A stretch of DNA of 30,553 nucleotides from a virus (taxonomy: Duplodnaviria > Caudoviricetes): the IMG/VR virus record IMGVR_UViG_3300020276_000004, positions 1-30,553 of that record; one strand, written 5' to 3'. Each line of letters opens with the position of its first letter. The first letter of the stretch is position 1. Below are positions 27,553 through 30,553 of the stretch, one piece after another. A program made the position numbers and the translations under genes. Under the pieces are notes generated by a model. The model did no database searches. It saw only the letters and a program-made list of their open reading frames with translations, and was not told the origin of the DNA.

Positions 27553-27782
27553 TCTGTATCTCCCTTTGAAAGACCATAAAAAGATTTTTTATGTTCCCAC
27601 AGAGGCTCATCTATACACATATATCCCCACATTTTTTCTGGGTACTTTTCTTTTAATTTTTTTGTGAGTGGTTCAAGTGTCTCAATGAGACAGTCTGGTA
27701 CTTTTGCAATAAATTTTTCTGTGTACGGAGCATCTTTGTATCCGTGTAATATAATTATGAGAACCATTGCAGTTTTTATCAT
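27540..27782 (-). CDS. Hypothetical protein with hydrophobic N-terminus
   Basis: 80 aa; ATGA overlap with the GNAT stop. Confidence 0.7.
   Translation of the reverse strand: MIKTAMVLIIILHGYKDAPYTEKFIAKVPDCLIETLEPLTKKLKEKYPEKMWGYMCIDEPLWEHKKSFYGLSKGDTELTY
27678..27692. repeat. Palindrome copy 6 (encodes CLIET)
   Basis: tgtctcaatgagaca read directly. Confidence 0.95.
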
Positions 27783-28225
27783 TTTAACCCTTTCTTGTAA
27801 ATTGTTCCTTGTTTTGTGTAGCCAAGTCTTTCCATAACATCATCATACTGAGAAGTTGTTGCTCCTCCATATGTTACAGAATAATTTACTTCTCTACAAT
27901 TATTTTTTATTGCCCACTTTTCAAAATCTTTTAACAGTTTAAAACCTGCTAGTTGACTTTTACCATCAGTAAACAAGAGTTCTTCTTGAGCAAAAATATC
28001 ATCACCCCACAGATAATTAGTTATGTATCCAAGTAAGAAAGCAACTGCCTTTTCTTCTCTGCAATAAACACGAAAGTAGCTGTGGTCAGAATCAATATAA
28101 CCTTTAGCCCAAACACGAATATTGTCATCAGAATAATGGCTATTCTTATAAATACTTGTGGAATGCATCTTACGAGCCAAGGGAAGAAGATATTCAATAT
28201 CACATTTTGTCGCATCACGAATCAT
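27779..28225 (-). CDS. GNAT-family acetyltransferase-like protein
   Basis: MIRDAT..DI start, G.KLLK.FEKWA...C.E, ERLGY...G..Y; start reassigned to MIRD. Confidence 0.75.
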   Translation of the reverse strand: MIRDATKCDIEYLLPLARKMHSTSIYKNSHYSDDNIRVWAKGYIDSDHSYFRVYCREEKAVAFLLGYITNYLWGDDIFAQEELLFTDGKSQLAGFKLLKDFEKWAIKNNCREVNYSVTYGGATTSQYDDVMERLGYTKQGTIYKKGLK

Positions 28226-28370
28226 TGGACTTACCTTTATTTTTGACATTTTGTAAGTCTGCTATAGTGTACCCATATTTATTCATTAACATTTTTGTAG
28301 CATAACTAGAGTCTGTTATACAATTCAAAAGTAATGTTTCTTCAAACTTTTTAAAAGTATCATTCATCAT
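28215..28370 (-). CDS. 51-aa hypothetical protein MMNDTFKKFEETLLLNCITDSSYATKMLMNKYGYTIADLQNVKNKGKSNDS
   Basis: Not in the ORF track; strong RBS AAGGAGG; overlaps both neighbours. Confidence 0.7.
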   Translation of the reverse strand: MMNDTFKKFEETLLLNCITDSSYATKMLMNKYGYTIADLQNVKNKGKSNDS

Positions 28371-28497
28371 CTTCCTCCTTATCTAAATCAAATCTAATCC
28401 ATACTGATGCACCTGCTTCATCACTAAAGTGTTTTACTTCTTCCCAAGGCACACTAGCATTATTGTCTAACCATTTATTAAATTTTTTATAAGTCAT
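28360..28497 (-). CDS. 45-aa acidic hypothetical protein MTYKKFNKWLDNNASVPWEEVKHFSDEAGASVWIRFDLDKEEDDE
   Basis: Not in the ORF track; RBS GGAGGT. Confidence 0.7.
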   Translation of the reverse strand: MTYKKFNKWLDNNASVPWEEVKHFSDEAGASVWIRFDLDKEEDDE

Positions 28498-28711
28498 TTT
28501 TACCTCCAATATAATATCTCATACTCCAAGCTAGGGATTCAATTTGCTCCCATATAAATTTAGGGTCTGCATATTCAAAATAATGCCAAGCATTGGCTTC
28601 AAGGAATTCGTCAACCTTTTCTTCTTCCCATTCATCATAGTCTGATGGCAAGTTTGTACCTAAGTAATGACCACTTGCCCATATGATATCTTCTTTAGTT
28701 ACTTTAGTCAT
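28487..28711 (-). CDS. Acidic, aromatic-rich early protein
   Basis: 74 aa; RBS AGGAGGT; ATGA overlap. Confidence 0.75.
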   Translation of the reverse strand: MTKVTKEDIIWASGHYLGTNLPSDYDEWEEEKVDEFLEANAWHYFEYADPKFIWEQIESLAWSMRYYIGGKNDL

Positions 28712-29046
28712 CGCTTACCTCCTACTCCTAATTTTTTTAACAGTCTTTGTTCTGTCTCCTCATCACTAAGATGCCAACTAGCAGTCATATTAGTTGTCCA
28801 ATAACCATCCTCTGTTGGGTCGCACTCATACACAACACAAACAATCTTATAGTCTGCCCAGTAAACACAAAGGTCAAACATTCGTTTGTCAAACTGAATG
28901 CCATACCAAAAGCTATCGCTTTCGTCTTCAGGTGTTTCATTATCTACTTTAAAACTTGGCAATGCTTCTTCCTTGTAAAACTGTATCAGTTGTTTCTTTT
29001 CTAGTTCTGAGAGTTGTAGTTCTTTGTCATACATATTAGTCATCAC
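28708..29046 (-). CDS. Acidic early hypothetical protein
   Basis: 112 aa; RBS AAGGA; packed in the early operon. Confidence 0.75.
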   Translation of the reverse strand: MMTNMYDKELQLSELEKKQLIQFYKEEALPSFKVDNETPEDESDSFWYGIQFDKRMFDLCVYWADYKIVCVVYECDPTEDGYWTTNMTASWHLSDEETEQRLLKKLGVGGKR

Positions 29047-29197
29047 TATTCCTTTCTAATTCTTCAAGATGTTCAACAAGCATATCCAAACCACTGCATA
29101 CACCATTATGTTCTGCTTTGGTATGACTATCGTTAACCCATTCATCATCAGATTTAATATCTATTACTATATTTTTTATTCGTTCTAGTGTAAACAT
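29036..29197 (-). CDS. 53-aa hypothetical protein MFTLERIKNIVIDIKSDDEWVNDSHTKAEHNGVCSGLDMLVEHLEELERNSDD
   Basis: Not in the ORF track; fills the gap; AAGGA upstream. Confidence 0.7.
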   Translation of the reverse strand: MFTLERIKNIVIDIKSDDEWVNDSHTKAEHNGVCSGLDMLVEHLEELERNSDD

Positions 29198-29212
29198 ATT
29201 TTTCTTGTCCTT

Positions 29213-29428
29213 TTAGTTAATTAGTTTATTATAATCTAGTGTTGCTTCTTTTACTTCGTCAAGCAACTGTCTCAATGAGACACTCATATCAGATTCTAAA
29301 ACTTCATCGTCAACAGCAGTAGCAAGGTCAGACAGAAGACCAACAAAATATGCATTGTCCTCTGCCAAACCTTGTACTATATTTCTGAGAATCGTAATCT
29401 CAGTCTTATGAGTTAAATTGTTCTTCAA
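29213..29428 (-). CDS. Helical hypothetical protein (probable TTG start)
   Basis: GAGGT before the TTG at 29428 reduces overlap with the upstream gene. Confidence 0.6.
   Translation of the reverse strand: MKNNLTHKTEITILRNIVQGLAEDNAYFVGLLSDLATAVDDEVLESDMSVSLRQLLDEVKEATLDYNKLIN
29268..29282. repeat. Palindrome copy 7 (read in a different frame, VSLRQ)
   Basis: tgtctcaatgagaca read directly. Confidence 0.95.
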
Positions 29429-29732
29429 TCCAACCTCTAAGTTTCTTTTGTGATGCAGTATGCTGAACAAGATGCCATAAGTCTTCATTGTCCTTGTCTC
29501 TTACTGCAACAATGTCGTGAGAATAAACACTACCTGCTTCTTTGTAGATACCCTCTACCATTGCAAGTCTAGTTTGTCCTCGTAGATTGTCCATCATAGT
29601 TGCATACCACCCATTAGATAGTAATACTCTATGACCTTTTTTTATTTCATTTGTCTTCACAAATCCTCCACTTAATTCAAGACTATGAGCATTTGCCAAA
29701 GCCCAATTTATACTTTGTTGAGCATTATTCAT
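29406..29732 (-). CDS. Early hypothetical protein (beta-rich)
   Basis: 108 aa; RBS AGGAGGT; ATGA overlap with the HTH gene. Confidence 0.75.
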   Translation of the reverse strand: MNNAQQSINWALANAHSLELSGGFVKTNEIKKGHRVLLSNGWYATMMDNLRGQTRLAMVEGIYKEAGSVYSHDIVAVRDKDNEDLWHLVQHTASQKKLRGWIEEQFNS

Positions 29733-30085
29733 TTTGACCTCCTAAATGCAATAGTTGTGTTATATATAGAATCCTCAATGTACCTGCCATCTCTCCAGTC
29801 TTTCAACCAGTTGTAAAATGTAGGTAGTGAGATGAAGTAGTATTTAGCTAACTCTACAACCTTAACTCCATTGTCTTGATTAACTAGAAAGTATTCTACA
29901 ATTCTCTTCTGCTCAGACTTTGAGTATCTAGAGTAATGCATATACTTACCAGTTCTCTTTGGATGTTGAGGTTTTGGTAACTTGTGAGCACCGATGGTTA
30001 GCCTTTTTGGTGTCTCAATGAGACGAGGGGAATCCTTAAACATATCTAACTGTTTTGGATTGTTTGTAGTAGGTTCTAGCAACAT
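29729..30085 (-). CDS. Helix-turn-helix DNA-binding protein
   Basis: RYSKSEQKRIV...KVVELAKYYFISLPTFYNWLK fits a homeodomain-like / transposase-type HTH; RBS AAAGGAGA; first gene behind a consensus promoter. Confidence 0.75.
   Translation of the reverse strand: MLLEPTTNNPKQLDMFKDSPRLIETPKRLTIGAHKLPKPQHPKRTGKYMHYSRYSKSEQKRIVEYFLVNQDNGVKVVELAKYYFISLPTFYNWLKDWRDGRYIEDSIYNTTIAFRRSK
30011..30025. repeat. Palindrome copy 8, one-mismatch variant, inside the HTH gene (RLIET)
   Basis: tgtctcaatgagacg read directly. Confidence 0.85.
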
Positions 30086-30126
30086 AATATATCTCCTTTT
30101 ATTTAGTTAAAATTGCTATTATAGTT

Positions 30127-30154
30127 ATTATACCACAACCAATGAGGGAGTCAA
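30127..30154 (-). promoter_or_regulatory. Strong host sigma70 early promoter
   Basis: TTGACT-16 nt-TATAAT with extended -10 (TGG-TATAAT); intergenic. Confidence 0.85.
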
Positions 30155-30161
30155 CTAGCAC

Positions 30162-30553
30162 CTAACACCAGTAAACTTGCTCCTCTTCAGTTATGAACCA
30201 CTTGGGTGGTTTGCCCTTGTGGATTTTACTCCTTGTCCACTTTGCAAAATATGCCTTTTCATTTATGTAATAGTTACGATATGCAGTTACTGTATCATCG
30301 CACTTGTACTGGTCTGGCATACATTGTGGTGGTTCAATCCAATCTCCGTCTGGACAAGGATTGAGTGCAAGGAATTTTCTAAGTGTGTCGCATTTGTGTA
30401 CTTTATGGAATCGTTCAAAGTATTCGTGCAACAAATCAAGAAATAAACGATATGTAAATTCATATGTACGAGAGTTCTTTCTCACCCACCTAGTTGTAGG
30501 GTGGTTTTCGTAGGCTCGTTTGTATACGGAATTTGAATGTACGGAATTATGAT
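30162..30553 (-). CDS. Pyrimidine-dimer DNA glycosylase (denV-like) family protein, 5' end outside the window
   Basis: Frame is open to the edge: YKRAYENHPTTRWVR...L.EY..R..K.H...PPQCMPDQYK..D.V.AYRNYY..EK..FAKW...P.WF. Confidence 0.75.
   Translation of the reverse strand, partial: HNSVHSNSVYKRAYENHPTTRWVRKNSRTYEFTYRLFLDLLHEYFERFHKVHKCDTLRKFLALNPCPDGDWIEPPQCMPDQYKCDDTVTAYRNYYINEKAYFAKWTRSKIHKGKPPKWFITEEEQVYWC

Noticed and set aside
12611-30025. Palindrome as CRISPR repeat, terminator, IS end or T7-type promoter
   Set aside because: Copies are kilobases apart with no spacers, have no U-tract or target duplication, and are symmetric, whereas phage RNAP promoters are directional.
29729-30085. 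HTH ORF as an IS3-type transposase remnant
   Set aside because: No DDE domain or terminal inverted repeats; it has a phage-style promoter, RBS and coupling to the next gene.
2212-30513. All plus-strand ORFs and nested alternative-frame minus ORFs in the track (e.g. 2212-2664, 8023-8310, 10838-11122, 15542-15787, 20140-20520, 23240-23755, 23589-23825, 28021-28218)
   Set aside because: They are shadows of well-supported minus-strand genes, with no recognisable motifs.
1-30553. tRNA, rRNA, introns, inteins
   Set aside because: No intergenic space with a cloverleaf; RNAP, DNA polymerase, helicase and RNR are continuous and of normal or compact length.

Overview
About 30.5 kb of an AT-rich, T7-like podophage genome (Autographiviridae architecture), probably marine and probably infecting an alphaproteobacterium (inference). 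Every credible gene is on the minus strand. Reading right to left: early genes (denV-like glycosylase, an HTH protein behind a strong sigma70 promoter, small acidic proteins, a GNAT, a 3-TM PnuC-like ORF, a Zn-ribbon peptide); single-subunit RNA polymerase; the replication block (SSB, endonuclease I, amidase, primase-helicase, DNA polymerase A, PD-(D/E)XK protein, exonuclease, DUF3310, class II RNR); then morphogenesis genes (gp6.5/6.7/7.3-like, portal, scaffold, capsid, tail tube A/B, internal virion proteins, start of the tail fibre). Two signals stand out that the ORF track misses. (1) A 25-aa PqqA-like PQQ precursor peptide (MSWNKPQVTEVSVGLEINAYACAVQ) lies directly after the capsid terminator. 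(2) A 15-bp palindrome TGTCTCAWTGAGACA occurs 8 times (7 perfect, 1 variant) across the early and middle genome, mostly inside unrelated genes; with the early HTH gene it may form an operator/stoperator-like or parS-like system. A second motif, GGACANTATWGGA (4 copies, all on the coding strand), is a candidate phage RNAP promoter. All family calls are from manual motif recognition; no searches were run.
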